Shown: positions 63,655 to 64,000 of the stretch, one piece after another
Numbering within the stretch: the stretch's first letter is position 1
Layout of the letters: the number at the start of each line of letters is the position of its first letter
Source: Octopus bimaculoides
Lineage: Eukaryota
DNA: 64,000 bases
Assembly: GCF_001194135.2 (NCBI RefSeq)
Contig: NC_068994.1
Location: 28,849,428-28,913,427, forward strand
Reading direction: 5' to 3'
Notes under the pieces: model-generated
What the model was told of the DNA's origin: nothing
Database searches by the model: none
What the model saw: only the letters and a program-made list of their open reading frames with translations
Position numbers and translations under genes: made by a program

Positions 63655-64000
63655 TGCAAGGGGGTACCCAAAAGAGACCAGATTTTGCAGTATTGTTTTA
63701 TTCACTTAGTTTTATGTTTACACTTTTACTGCCTTCAAAGTATTCTCCATTTGAAGCCATGCTTCAGTCCAGACACATTCTCCACTGTTCAGAGCAGACC
63801 TGGAACTCTTTTGAAATGCCTTTTAACACCTCCATTGTTTTTTTTTCTTCACCTCTTCCACATCTGCAAAACGTTTTCCTTTAAGGACTTTTTTTATTCA
63901 GGGAACAAAAAAAAAAGTTACAGTGAGGAAGATCAGACGAATAGGGAGGGTGGGTAAGTGGGGTCATGCCATTTTTTATCAGAAACTGTCTCACACTCAA
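63655..64000 (-). mobile_element. Mariner element 3' end (continues beyond window)
   Basis: LSVRQFLIKNGMTPLTHPPYSSDL..FFLFP..LKGKRFADVEEVKKKT..CSEQW..SNGEYFEG. TIR-like GGGGGTACCCAAAA lies near 63660. Confidence 0.85.

Overview
This is 64 kb of AT-rich, microsatellite-laden animal genomic DNA from a draft assembly with 10 N-gaps. The SINE families, (TA)n/(CA)n/(GAT)n density and transposon mix look like an octopus (coleoid cephalopod); that assignment is recognition-based inference. Most ORFs in the supplied track are microsatellite or N-gap artefacts. The only convincing host coding sequence is a Kruppel-type C2H2 zinc-finger exon (+, 39234-39842), with putative upstream 5'UTR exons (30281-30360, 38904-39109) and a CpG-rich promoter-like region near 27.8 kb. 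A second CpG-rich promoter-like island lies at about 14.7-16.1 kb. The rest is a dense mobile-element fossil record: a near-complete Tc1-like DD37E (TRT-type) element, two mariner copies, two maT-like (DD37D) copies, a hAT remnant, an internally deleted Helitron plus a solo Helitron 3' end, Penelope-like RT and GIY-YIG fragments, RTE- and CR1-type LINE pieces, piggyBac-type MITEs and dozens of SINEs. I found no CRISPR, rRNA or intact tRNA, and I cannot demonstrate a new biological system. The best leads are a Penelope-like palindrome with hammerhead-core motifs, a strand-asymmetric pre-miRNA-like hairpin, the DD37E element, possible alternative splicing that changes zinc-finger number, overlapping sense/antisense exon signals in a CpG island, and an old inverted duplication with an exon-like core. 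All alignments and translations were done by eye, and repeat boundaries are approximate unless a TSD or TIR is quoted.
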